The notes under the pieces are model-generated. The model did not search any database and was not told where the DNA came from. It saw nothing but the letters and a program-made list of their open reading frames with translations. 64,000 bases of DNA from Bacteroidales bacterium (GTDB taxonomy: Bacteria > Bacteroidota > Bacteroidia > Bacteroidales > UBA932). Below, one piece after another: positions 10,545-19,642 of the stretch. The stretch spans positions 29,038 through 93,037 of the forward strand of contig JAQWEK010000001.1 of the NCBI GenBank assembly GCA_028704975.1. The letters run 5' to 3'. How positions within the stretch are numbered: position 1 is the first letter of the stretch; the number at the start of each line of letters is the position of its first letter. The translations under genes were made by a program, and so were the position numbers.

Positions 10545-11744
10545 TTGACGTTCGTAGTTTACATAGGCGAGAGCAAAGACTATGCTGCGCATTTAAAGTT
10601 GGCGTTTCCTAAAATGGCTGTGTGTGAGAACTATGTACTTGCCGCCAAGTATATAAGACAGGAGTGGACGGAAAGTGAAAAGGGGGCAAATAATTCTGAT
10701 ACACCTTTTTTCATATTCTATGAGCAGACAACAATAAAATTAGATATTCCAAGAATAAAATTTCTCAGGGATAAATTTGCTTATGCCTATATAATCCTTA
10801 TTACCAGCAAGATACAAGGTAAGTTTATTCAGGAGTATTTGCAGGCGGGCGTTAATGATACTTCATCACCAGATGTGGATATTGAACAGGCTCAGGGCAG
10901 CATTAATATTATTGCTCAAAATGCTTCTGTGATGCTTTCTAAAAGTGTTAAACCATTAAGTATTAAAGATATACATGCTTTTAGGCTGCCAATGTGGAAA
11001 AGATTTTTTGACGTTGTATTTTCTCTGGTTGCAATTCTTATTCTTTCTCCGCTTTTGCTTATAACCGCTGCCGCAATATGGATAGAAGACAGGGGTGCGG
11101 TGATTTACAAGTCCAAACGAGTAGGAAGTAATTATAAAGTTTTTGATTTCTACAAGTTTAGGAGCATGTACATGGATGCAGATAAGAGGCTTAAAGATTT
11201 GGATAACATAAATCAGTATGGAAGCAAGCAAGAGATAAAGGGTGCCGCTATTGACTGTCAGGCCTTTGGCGATGATACAGTGTTTGATCCGGAGAAGATG
11301 TCAAATATGCTTATTTCTGATGACTGTGTAGTTCCTGAAAAAGAGTTCAATGCAGAAAAGAATAGAGAAAACGAGCATGCTTTTGTTAAAATCGAGAATG
11401 ATCCGCGCGTAACAAAAGTGGGGAAAATAATAAGGAAGTTTAGCATAGATGAACTTCCTCAGTTAATTAATATTTTGAAGGGAGACATGTCAATAGTGGG
11501 CAACAGACCATTGCCGTTATACGAGGCAGAACTTTTGACTGCAGATGAATATGTAGATAGATTTTTTGCCCCTGCCGGCCTAACCGGTCTGTGGCAAGTG
11601 ATGAAGAGAGGCAACGGAGGAGAAATGTCACCGGAAGAGAGAAAGCAGCTTGATATACAATATGCTCAAACATTTTCATTCTGGCTGGATGTGAAAATTA
11701 TTTTTAAAACCTTCACTGCATTTGTCCAGAAAGATGATGTATAA
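10545..11744 (+). CDS. Priming phosphoglycosyl transferase (bacterial sugar transferase, PglC/WbaP C-terminal type) with an extra N-terminal domain
   Basis: The C-terminal half has the re-entrant helix VAILILSPLLLI, then KFSIDELPQLINILKGDMSIVGNRP and GLTGLWQV. There is a long insert before NDPRVT. The N-terminal ~140 aa are unrelated to the transferase. Start is uncertain: TTG at 10545 (4 nt after the upstream stop) or ATG at 10614. Confidence 0.85.
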   Translation: MTFVVYIGESKDYAAHLKLAFPKMAVCENYVLAAKYIRQEWTESEKGANNSDTPFFIFYEQTTIKLDIPRIKFLRDKFAYAYIILITSKIQGKFIQEYLQAGVNDTSSPDVDIEQAQGSINIIAQNASVMLSKSVKPLSIKDIHAFRLPMWKRFFDVVFSLVAILILSPLLLITAAAIWIEDRGAVIYKSKRVGSNYKVFDFYKFRSMYMDADKRLKDLDNINQYGSKQEIKGAAIDCQAFGDDTVFDPEKMSNMLISDDCVVPEKEFNAEKNRENEHAFVKIENDPRVTKVGKIIRKFSIDELPQLINILKGDMSIVGNRPLPLYEAELLTADEYVDRFFAPAGLTGLWQVMKRGNGGEMSPEERKQLDIQYAQTFSFWLDVKIIFKTFTAFVQKDDV

Positions 11745-11869
11745 GTTATAATTTAGCGCAAATTATACCTATTGTAAAAGAAAAAATGTATAATTGCGTG
11801 TATTAGTGTATCTTCATTTGTTTACAGAATAAAAATGCAAGAATTTATTCAAAAGAAAAATCTTTAAAA

Positions 11870-12874
11870 ATGGGAAGAAAGATATTTGCAGTATTGCTTT
11901 TGCTTTCATTTGTTTGTGCCGGACTGCAGGCTCAGAATAACAAGGATTCAAAAAAAGATACAAGGGGTCGCTACAACAAAGAGGCGGGGCTCCTGAATCT
12001 TGCTTCTTTAAGAACCGTAACCGACAGCATCTCAAGATCACAGGTTGTACTGGATCTTACAAAAAAAGACGATGGTGTCGTATCTGTTGCTACAATACTT
12101 TCAACTTATACTCCATTCATACTTCCGTCTCTTGATGAACTATTCCAGAGAGTAAAAAATAATCCCAGTGTTCTTTACAGACAACATGAAGTAGATTACG
12201 CATGGAGAGATGTTGAGTCGGCAAGAAAGGATTGGCTTAAGTGGTTTCACGGCGATGCAGCATATTCATATGGCAAGTATAATTCTAATATGTATTATCA
12301 GCAGACTAATATCCCGACGGCTAATACTTACTCAAATCAGAATTCAAGCTACTATCTTTTAGGCGGAGGTGTTACAATTAATCTGTATGATGCTTTTAAC
12401 CTAAACAATAAGATTAAACAGCAAAAGGACAGATATTATGCAACACAGTATCAATATGAGTCTGAGTATGAGCAGCTTTTGGAGAAAGTCAGTAAATCTT
12501 ACTACATTATTTTGGGAAGTGTACCAATGTTGACTCACAGTATTCAGTGGGCTAAGCTTGCTGAAATGGCATATGCAGATGCAAAACTGGATTTTATTAA
12601 TGGAAGAGCAGGTACAAATACTCTATTTGAGAGTGAGACGCAGTATTACCGTTCTACACAGGAACTTACGGCTATGATTAGAGATATTAATACGGAGGTT
12701 AAGTTTTTGGAACTTGTTACAAACTCTAAGATAATTCCGGATAACGGGGATAACACGGTTAATACGGGTGGACAATCATTGTCGACGGATAGTAATCCAG
12801 TACAAGTTCCATCTGATTCTTCCTCAGATAAAAAATCTAAGAGCAGCAAGAGGAACAGCAGAAGCAAAAAATAG
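11870..12874 (+). CDS. Outer-membrane TolC/OEP-like protein, short form, with a Ser/Lys-rich C-terminal tail
   Basis: Signal peptide MGRKIFAVLLLLSFVCAGLQAQ. One OEP-like repeat begins LDELFQRVKNNPSVLYRQHEVDYAWRDVESARKD, followed by coiled-coil-like segments. Only 334 aa. The tail is SDSSSDKKSKSSKRNSRSKK. Confidence 0.55.
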   Translation: MGRKIFAVLLLLSFVCAGLQAQNNKDSKKDTRGRYNKEAGLLNLASLRTVTDSISRSQVVLDLTKKDDGVVSVATILSTYTPFILPSLDELFQRVKNNPSVLYRQHEVDYAWRDVESARKDWLKWFHGDAAYSYGKYNSNMYYQQTNIPTANTYSNQNSSYYLLGGGVTINLYDAFNLNNKIKQQKDRYYATQYQYESEYEQLLEKVSKSYYIILGSVPMLTHSIQWAKLAEMAYADAKLDFINGRAGTNTLFESETQYYRSTQELTAMIRDINTEVKFLELVTNSKIIPDNGDNTVNTGGQSLSTDSNPVQVPSDSSSDKKSKSSKRNSRSKK

Positions 12875-12944
12875 ACTGCCGACAACGACAATAAGAAATA
12901 ATAAGTAATAATAAGTAGATAGTGAACTATTAAAAAAGATTATT

Positions 12945-15119
12945 ATGAATGGAAATGCATTTGCTTATATATTAAGATCTCTATACAAGATTAGATATTG
13001 GGTTATTTGCGGTTCTCTGCTGGCTTTCTTTATAGGTGTGCTGCTAACGAGAGATATGAAGAAGGAATATGAGGTTAGTTCTTCAATATATACGGGGTTT
13101 GTTGCGGGTTTTTCTCTTGGAGATATAGGTGTGGGAGAAAAAGTTTCACATACAGTGGATTTTCAGCAGGTTAATAATTCTGTAGATAATTTGATAGGAA
13201 TTCTTACGGCAAGATATACTCTGAAAAAGGTGTCAATGCGGCTTTTTATTCAAGATATGACATATGGCAATCCGTATAAGGATAATAATTATATTACGGC
13301 GGCTAATTTTAGATATGTGTATTCACAGACTCCTCAGGAAGTTAGGGATCTGATTGACAAGAGTTCAGAAGAAGTTTCCATGCAAAGATTGCTTGCTTAT
13401 GAGAAAGCTTCTCCTGACAACTACGTGTACGGCTTGTTTAATTGGAATCACCCATTATACGGTTACAAGGCATTGTCCAGGGTCCAAGTGAATAGGATAG
13501 GTACGAGTGATATGATGGAACTCAAGTTTTCTTCTTCTGATCCCGGAGTTGCATATAACACCATTTTGTTCTTATACGATGAATTAATAAAGGAGTATAA
13601 GACATTAAGATTTGGGGAGGTTGATGATGTTATTGCATACTTCATGAGGGAACTAGAAATAGCTCAAAATAATCTTACAAATTCCGAGGATGCTCTGACT
13701 AGGTACAATGTTGCAAATAGGGTTGTCAACTATGACCGTCAAACTGAAGCCCTGACATCCCTGGACAAAGATCATCAGATGGATTACGAGAATGTTTTAA
13801 GGCAGTATTATGCGTCAAAAGCGGAGCTTGAAACATTGGATGAAAATATGCGCGGTTTTACGCAGGCTATGAAAAATAATTCTGAGTTCCTTAACAGAAT
13901 GAATGATGTTATTCAAAAGTCCAAAGACATAGCATACCTGTCATACGGAGATGTGAAAAATGGTTCTGTTGACCAGAATAAGGTCCAAAATGCCAGAAGG
14001 GAATATAAAGTGGCTGAAGACAATCTTCTGGATCTTAAAAAATCGCTTCAAATTAAAAATTACACAAAAGAGGGAGTTGCTGCGCCCGATTTCATAGACA
14101 GATGGTTTAAGGCTCAAATTGATAATGCAAGAAGCGATGCGGAACTTAAGGTGATGGAGCAGAGATCCAAGTATATTGATAATATTTACGTGCATTTTTC
14201 TCCTATTGGAACAACGCTAAAGAGAAAAGAGAGAGAGATTAATTTTGAGGAACAGGTCTATCTGTCAGATTTAATGGGTTTAAACAATGCAAAACTTCGC
14301 AGGAAGAGTTTACAGGTTAGCTCATCTTCTCTTAAGATATTAAATCCGCCGGATTTCCCTATTTCTCCTCTACCTTCGAAACGCAAAATGATCCTGATCT
14401 TAACATTTCTCGGGTCGGCGGTATTCATAATAGCAATCATGTTGATACTTGAAATTTTAGATAGGTCTCTTAAGGATAAATTTAAGGCAGAATATATTAC
14501 CAAGGGAGCGGTTCTTGCTGCCTTTCCCGCGAATTCTAAATTTAAATACAGGATGTATAACAGACAGTCTGAGGATGCTGCAATTCAATATCTTGCAAAT
14601 GGTATTATGAATAACATCCATAGAGATAATGCAAAGAGGCCGCTTCTTATAAATTTCTTGAGTTCTTTCAGTGGCGAGGGCAAGCGATATTTGACTGAAA
14701 AATTAATAGTATACTGGGAAGCGTCCGGCTTGCAAATAAAAAGACTGGTTTCCGGTGACGATTTTTTGCCGGATTCAAAGGAGTATGTATTTGCTGAGAT
14801 TAACAAAATATTTGATTCTTATTCAACGTTTGATATATTGCTTGTAGTACATCCCGAGTTAGCAAAGAGTCCAATTCCTGAGACCTTTCTGAAAGCATCC
14901 AGTCTCAATTTATTTTTTGTGAATGCTAACAGAGTGTGGAGTGATGCAGACCAAGTTTTGCTAGATAACATTACTCGCAATTTCGGCAAATCTAATACTA
15001 TGTTAGTTTTAACTAACGCAGAAAGAGATGCAGTTGAAACATTTACCGGCATGCTTCCTCCTCATACTTTTTGGAGGAAAATAAAGTTTAAGTTACTTCA
15101 GATGGGAACGGGAGCATAG
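12945..15119 (+). CDS. Polysaccharide co-polymerase (Wzz/GumC/Wzc-like) with a degenerate C-terminal P-loop domain
   Basis: 724 aa. TM1 is YWVICGSLLAFFIGVLL, followed by a long coiled-coil periplasmic region, then TM2 MILILTFLGSAVFIIAIMLILEIL. The cytoplasmic domain carries SSFSGEGKRY in place of Walker A GxxGxGK[ST]. No C-terminal Tyr cluster. Confidence 0.75.
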   Translation: MNGNAFAYILRSLYKIRYWVICGSLLAFFIGVLLTRDMKKEYEVSSSIYTGFVAGFSLGDIGVGEKVSHTVDFQQVNNSVDNLIGILTARYTLKKVSMRLFIQDMTYGNPYKDNNYITAANFRYVYSQTPQEVRDLIDKSSEEVSMQRLLAYEKASPDNYVYGLFNWNHPLYGYKALSRVQVNRIGTSDMMELKFSSSDPGVAYNTILFLYDELIKEYKTLRFGEVDDVIAYFMRELEIAQNNLTNSEDALTRYNVANRVVNYDRQTEALTSLDKDHQMDYENVLRQYYASKAELETLDENMRGFTQAMKNNSEFLNRMNDVIQKSKDIAYLSYGDVKNGSVDQNKVQNARREYKVAEDNLLDLKKSLQIKNYTKEGVAAPDFIDRWFKAQIDNARSDAELKVMEQRSKYIDNIYVHFSPIGTTLKRKEREINFEEQVYLSDLMGLNNAKLRRKSLQVSSSSLKILNPPDFPISPLPSKRKMILILTFLGSAVFIIAIMLILEILDRSLKDKFKAEYITKGAVLAAFPANSKFKYRMYNRQSEDAAIQYLANGIMNNIHRDNAKRPLLINFLSSFSGEGKRYLTEKLIVYWEASGLQIKRLVSGDDFLPDSKEYVFAEINKIFDSYSTFDILLVVHPELAKSPIPETFLKASSLNLFFVNANRVWSDADQVLLDNITRNFGKSNTMLVLTNAERDAVETFTGMLPPHTFWRKIKFKLLQMGTGA

Positions 15120-15127
15120 TGCTATTT

Positions 15128-16645
15128 ATGGCTAACGGTGTAAATAATATGAATGGCGCTGGCAGTGGCTCGTATGCATCAAAAATCGTAGGGCTTGTTT
15201 TATTGTTGTCATTTGTTTTCTTTGCATGCGTAGTGCTGTGGAAACTGGAATTAAGTTTGACTTTTGCTTTTTTTGTTCCGGTTGCGATACTTTTGATTTT
15301 GATTTTTATTCGAGCGCCTAAAACCTATGCAATTATATTATTTTCACTGTTTTATCTATTTGCTGGTATTGGAAGGTATTTCCCTGCTGTCAAACTGGGA
15401 ATAGTCTTTGACGTCGGACTTGTTGCTTTTACATTTATTTTATTTTTTGCAACACTGTTTGGAAAAATTGTTTGGAAAAATTCAATGAACGTTGCATCAT
15501 TGCTTACACTGATATGGCTGATTTATTGTTTTTTTGAACTGTTTAATCCAAGAGTGGTTTCTACAAATGCTTGGTTAGTAGCGGTAAGGTGGGCTGCGAT
15601 TTATTATTTTGTTGTAGTGTTTTTTACGCCGCTGGTTATTAATCAAACTAAAGATGTTAAACATTTCGTACATGTATGGGCAGCTCTCACGGTTTTTGCC
15701 GTGCTATGGATTCTTAAACAGAAATATATTGGACTTGATAAATACGAATCAATTTGGTTGGCGGATCCTATCATTAGCAATACTCACGTACTTCCTTATG
15801 GAATAAGGTACTGGTCATTGTTTACTGATGCGGCAAATGCGGCGGCTTGTCTCGCTCTTTCATCAGCATTTTTTGGAATTCTGATGTTCTTTACCGATAG
15901 TAAAAAAGAGAAAATATTGTTTGCATTTATCGCAATTTTATCTCTGTGGAGTTCACTGTTCACCGGGACAAGAAGTCACTTTGTTATTCCTTTTTGCGCA
16001 TTATTTGTATTAATTATTTGTGCTAGAAATAAAAAATTAGTTTTTGGGTCTGTAATTACAATTGTAGCTCTTATTGCTTTTTTTAGAGGCACAAATATAG
16101 GTGACAGCAACCGGTATATTTGGAGAGCGCGGTCCGCATTTTTTTTCAACCAGGATGCCTCGTACCTTGTTCGCCAGAAGAATCACGCGAAAATCAAAGC
16201 TTATATGGCGGGTAAACCTTTTGGTATAGGTCTTGGACTTGCCGAATGGAAGGCAAAGAGGTTTGTCGGTACTTCAGTCATGGCGGAAGTTAATACCGAT
16301 TCATGGATTTACACTCTTTTTGTTGAGACCGGTATAGTCGGAGTCTTATTGTATGTAGCTATATATCTGTATTTTATAATTTACGGAATTTGGATTTCAT
16401 TATTTAAGCTAAAAACAAAATATGTCCGAGGTATTGCAATTGCATCAACGGGCGGCATTGCCGGAATGCTTGCATCATCGTATGGCAATGAGATACTTAC
16501 GCAGTTTCCCAATGGTATTATAGTGTTCGTTCTGATTGCATTGATTTTTGCTTGTCCAAAATTGGATAAACACAGTATAGAAGAGGGTAAGGGATCGGAT
16601 TACGTTAAGGGTGATTCTGACAACGGGACTAAAGGCTCATATTGA
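15128..16645 (+). CDS. wzy: O-antigen/capsule repeat-unit polymerase (Wzy / O-antigen-ligase-like)
   Basis: Polytopic membrane protein of at least 10 hydrophobic helices, with a large loop RGTNIGDSNRYIWRARSAFF...GKPFGIGLG as in Wzy_C proteins. ATG at 15128 preferred; GTG at 15119 overlaps the upstream stop. Confidence 0.65.
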   Translation: MANGVNNMNGAGSGSYASKIVGLVLLLSFVFFACVVLWKLELSLTFAFFVPVAILLILIFIRAPKTYAIILFSLFYLFAGIGRYFPAVKLGIVFDVGLVAFTFILFFATLFGKIVWKNSMNVASLLTLIWLIYCFFELFNPRVVSTNAWLVAVRWAAIYYFVVVFFTPLVINQTKDVKHFVHVWAALTVFAVLWILKQKYIGLDKYESIWLADPIISNTHVLPYGIRYWSLFTDAANAAACLALSSAFFGILMFFTDSKKEKILFAFIAILSLWSSLFTGTRSHFVIPFCALFVLIICARNKKLVFGSVITIVALIAFFRGTNIGDSNRYIWRARSAFFFNQDASYLVRQKNHAKIKAYMAGKPFGIGLGLAEWKAKRFVGTSVMAEVNTDSWIYTLFVETGIVGVLLYVAIYLYFIIYGIWISLFKLKTKYVRGIAIASTGGIAGMLASSYGNEILTQFPNGIIVFVLIALIFACPKLDKHSIEEGKGSDYVKGDSDNGTKGSY

Positions 16646-16656
16646 ACGTGTTAAAT

Positions 16657-17580
16657 ATGTCGTTGATATCTTTAATAACAGTTAATTACAATGGTTTGTC
16701 CGATACTTGCAATCTGATAAACTCGGTCTATTCTGTTTTTGGCAGGGATGACATTATCATTAGCAGCGAGTCTTTTAATATTGAAATAATTGTTGTAGAT
16801 AATAGCAAAGAATCTTCTGATTCAAAGGCTATTGCGGCAATTTATCCTAATGTGATTGTTGTCCGAAATCCCACCAATTCCGGTTTTGCATCCGGAAATA
16901 ACTTGGGGTTAAAATATGCGCATGGTGATTATATCTTGTTCATTAATAACGATGTACAGCTAAGGGATGATTCATTAAAATTTTTATTACGGCGGGTATC
17001 ATCATCGCCAAAAATTGCCGGGGCCTCGCCAAAGATTCTTTATTCCAGTGATTCTAAGACTATTCAATATGCCGGGTATACTCCTCTTACCAAAATTACT
17101 TTGAGGAATAAAACTATAGGATTAGGTGAGATGGATTGCGGAAAATACGATACCGCTCATAGCGTTCCATACTTTCATGGTGCTGCTTTCCTGGTTAAAA
17201 AAGAAGTTGTTGATAGAGTTGGCGGATGGCCGGAATGCTATTTTCTTTACTATGAAGAGTTGGATTGGAGTATGCAAATAAGACGTTTTGGATACGAACT
17301 TTGGTATGAGCCCAAGTGTATAGTGTATCATGCCGGAAGTGCAACTATTGGAGTTAATTCACCGATACAGGTTTTCTATATGACCAGAAACCGAATGATA
17401 TTTGCTAAAAGAAATTTGTCCAAATTCAACGCATTCTTAAGTATCTTGTACCAGAAGTGCATTGCTGTACCAAAACAATGTGTTAAATTTGCTTTACAGG
17501 GGAGATTTGCCCTTGTATCTACTTCGATTAAAGCATGTTGCCATATAAATAACGAAGGGAAAGTAAATTATAATTTGTAA
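16657..17580 (+). CDS. Glycosyltransferase family 2
   Basis: ISLITVNYNG...EIIVVDNSK...SGFASGNNLG...LFINNDV (DxD-type motif). ATG at 16657 preferred over TTG at 16642. Confidence 0.85.
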   Translation: MSLISLITVNYNGLSDTCNLINSVYSVFGRDDIIISSESFNIEIIVVDNSKESSDSKAIAAIYPNVIVVRNPTNSGFASGNNLGLKYAHGDYILFINNDVQLRDDSLKFLLRRVSSSPKIAGASPKILYSSDSKTIQYAGYTPLTKITLRNKTIGLGEMDCGKYDTAHSVPYFHGAAFLVKKEVVDRVGGWPECYFLYYEELDWSMQIRRFGYELWYEPKCIVYHAGSATIGVNSPIQVFYMTRNRMIFAKRNLSKFNAFLSILYQKCIAVPKQCVKFALQGRFALVSTSIKACCHINNEGKVNYNL

Positions 17581-17587
17581 TATATAA

Positions 17588-18739
17588 ATGCCAAGTTATC
17601 TGCACATATTTGATACTGTGTTGTTTGTGTTACTGGGGTTGTCGGTGGCATATATTTTCTTATTTTCTTTGTTTTCAATTAGGGAAGGAACTGTAAAGTA
17701 CTCCAAATCTTCAAAGAATTACAAGTTTGCAGTTTTTATTCCTGCTTATAAAGAGGATAATGTTATAGAAGAGTGTGTGAACTATTTGCTTTCACAAAAC
17801 TACCCTAGAGAATATTTTGAGATTATTATTATTGCCGACTCTATGAGTGATGATGTGTTATTAAGACTCTCTAAACTTCCCATTGCGGTTATTATTCCAA
17901 AATTTGAGCGCAGTTCTAAGGCCGCAGCCTTAAAATGTGCGGTAGAACGAATAGCGTTTGAATTTGATATAGCAGTTGTACTTGATGCGGATAATGTGGT
18001 TGAAAATAACTTTCTTAGGGATATTGCTGATGCCTTTGATAATGGAATTGAAGCGGTCCAAGCACATAGAGTTGCAAAGAATACTGATACTTCTGTTGCA
18101 ATACTTGATGCATGCAGTGAGGAAATTAATAATGCAATCTTTAGGAAAGGACAAGTTGCTTTAGGTTTCTCTGCCAATTTAATAGGTTCCGGTATGGCCT
18201 TTAAATACAGTTGGTTTAAGGATAACGTTAAAAAACTTGAGACGGCAGGGGAAGATAAGGAGTTGGAGAGATTGTTATGTAAGGATAGAATCTTTGTGGA
18301 CTTTTTGAATAATACTTACGTATATGATCAGAAAGTAAGAAAAAGTTCTTCTTTCTACTCGCAGAGAAGGCGATGGATTGCTTCTCAAGTAGGAATTCTT
18401 ACAAGATCTGTGGGAGAATTTCCTCATGCGCTGTTGAGCGGCAATTTTGATTACTGTAATAAGATATTTCAGTGGAGCCAACCGCCAAGAGTGATAATAC
18501 TTGGTTTTGTCGGCTTAATGACTTGTTTAACAACTGTTTTTTACATTGAAAACTCAGTGAAATGGTGGATTCTGATGCTCCTTATTGGTTTTACTTTTGC
18601 CTTTGGAATTCCCGACAGATTAGTTGATAAAAAATTTAAGAAAGCAGTTGGAAAGGTCCCGTTGCTGGGGCTAATGATGTTTGCGAATTTGTTCAGAATA
18701 CGGGGTGTAAATAAGCAATTTATTCACACAAAGCATTAG
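17588..18739 (+). CDS. Membrane-embedded GT2, synthase-like (QxxRW motif)
   Basis: N-terminal TM, then GT-A core FIPAYKEDNVI, VVLDADNVV and GEDKELE, then QRRRW (SQRRRWIASQ), followed by C-terminal TM helices. Confidence 0.8.
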   Translation: MPSYLHIFDTVLFVLLGLSVAYIFLFSLFSIREGTVKYSKSSKNYKFAVFIPAYKEDNVIEECVNYLLSQNYPREYFEIIIIADSMSDDVLLRLSKLPIAVIIPKFERSSKAAALKCAVERIAFEFDIAVVLDADNVVENNFLRDIADAFDNGIEAVQAHRVAKNTDTSVAILDACSEEINNAIFRKGQVALGFSANLIGSGMAFKYSWFKDNVKKLETAGEDKELERLLCKDRIFVDFLNNTYVYDQKVRKSSSFYSQRRRWIASQVGILTRSVGEFPHALLSGNFDYCNKIFQWSQPPRVIILGFVGLMTCLTTVFYIENSVKWWILMLLIGFTFAFGIPDRLVDKKFKKAVGKVPLLGLMMFANLFRIRGVNKQFIHTKH

Positions 18740-19641
18740 TGTATTTCTTGTGATATTATTTCACTGAACTTCTTTGCTCCAAGATTTGTAAGATGGTCGC
18801 AGTCAAAGAAATCCGCTGATGAGAAACGGGGATCTTTTATGTAATCACGGAATTCTATATTACTATTGCCTTTTATCTTTTTATGAATGATTTTGTAAAA
18901 TAAAGCTGATTGCGACCTGTTCATTCTTTTGCCGTATTCTCTTACTACCGGAGCTGTAAGAATTATGAGTTTTGCATTTTTTTGCTTGCACAGCAAGATG
19001 ATCTCATCCAGTGCCTTGATGTTTTGTCTAAGATATGTCGTATCAATATTGCCAACTTTATTAAGAATAGTATTCCTCTCAAGTGCCTCATTGATAGATG
19101 TCTCAGTTATTGGTTGTTTGTTTTCATCCTTATAAGCGGTTCCAAAACCAAGAGGTGTGCAGCCAAGCATATCATCACCCTTTAAAGATGCCTGCAGTTT
19201 GTCAGTCATCCTTGCATTTGTTATTTCTAATGCCAACCTTTTTTGAGGATAACCCATGTATATGCCGTAATAGGCTATACGCCAAGATTCTACGCCTTTC
19301 TCCATGGTGGAGAGCATATTAGCGTCTGACAAGACCAAGATTACGGTCTTCAAATTTTTAACATTGTCTTTGTATTTGTTGAACACAAAGTAGTCTCTCT
19401 CTAAATCTTGCGAGACATTGGCAAGATTAAATGCCTTGCCGGAAAGGTATTCCGGATTAATCCCATAGTATGCATGTGAGCTTCCAAGTATCAGGCTTTC
19501 AACATAGTTGCCGTTCTTCTTCATCCATTCATCTTTGTATCTGTATGAGTTGGGAATATGTCTCATATAAACTTCCAGACATGCCGATGCAATAACTATC
19601 GGGATGAAAAAATAAATAAATATTTTCAGAAAGTTTTTCAT
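18736..19641 (-). CDS. SGNH/DltD-AlgJ-like O-acyltransferase partner protein
   Basis: N-terminal anchor helix. GSS-type block ILGSSHAYYG and C-terminal DxxH block FFDCDHLT. The ATG at 19641 lies 1 nt after the MBOAT stop; the track start 19683 overlaps the MBOAT gene. Confidence 0.7.
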   Translation of the reverse strand: MKNFLKIFIYFFIPIVIASACLEVYMRHIPNSYRYKDEWMKKNGNYVESLILGSSHAYYGINPEYLSGKAFNLANVSQDLERDYFVFNKYKDNVKNLKTVILVLSDANMLSTMEKGVESWRIAYYGIYMGYPQKRLALEITNARMTDKLQASLKGDDMLGCTPLGFGTAYKDENKQPITETSINEALERNTILNKVGNIDTTYLRQNIKALDEIILLCKQKNAKLIILTAPVVREYGKRMNRSQSALFYKIIHKKIKGNSNIEFRDYIKDPRFSSADFFDCDHLTNLGAKKFSEIISQEIH

Positions 19642-19642
19642 G

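Noticed and set aside
11747-11807. Nested AT-rich palindromes after the sugar-transferase gene: ataattt-agcgc-aaattat, and cgcaaattatac ... gtataattgcg with a 1-nt bulge.
   Set aside because: The stems are almost pure A/T, there is no following T-run, and such matches are expected by chance in AT-rich intergenic DNA. This is not enough to call a terminator or operator.
12875-12944. Reiterated aataag/aataa motifs between the OMP and co-polymerase genes.
   Set aside because: This is short, irregular, AT-rich low-complexity sequence that places stop codons in several frames. It is too short and unstructured to be a CRISPR array or a meaningful tandem repeat.
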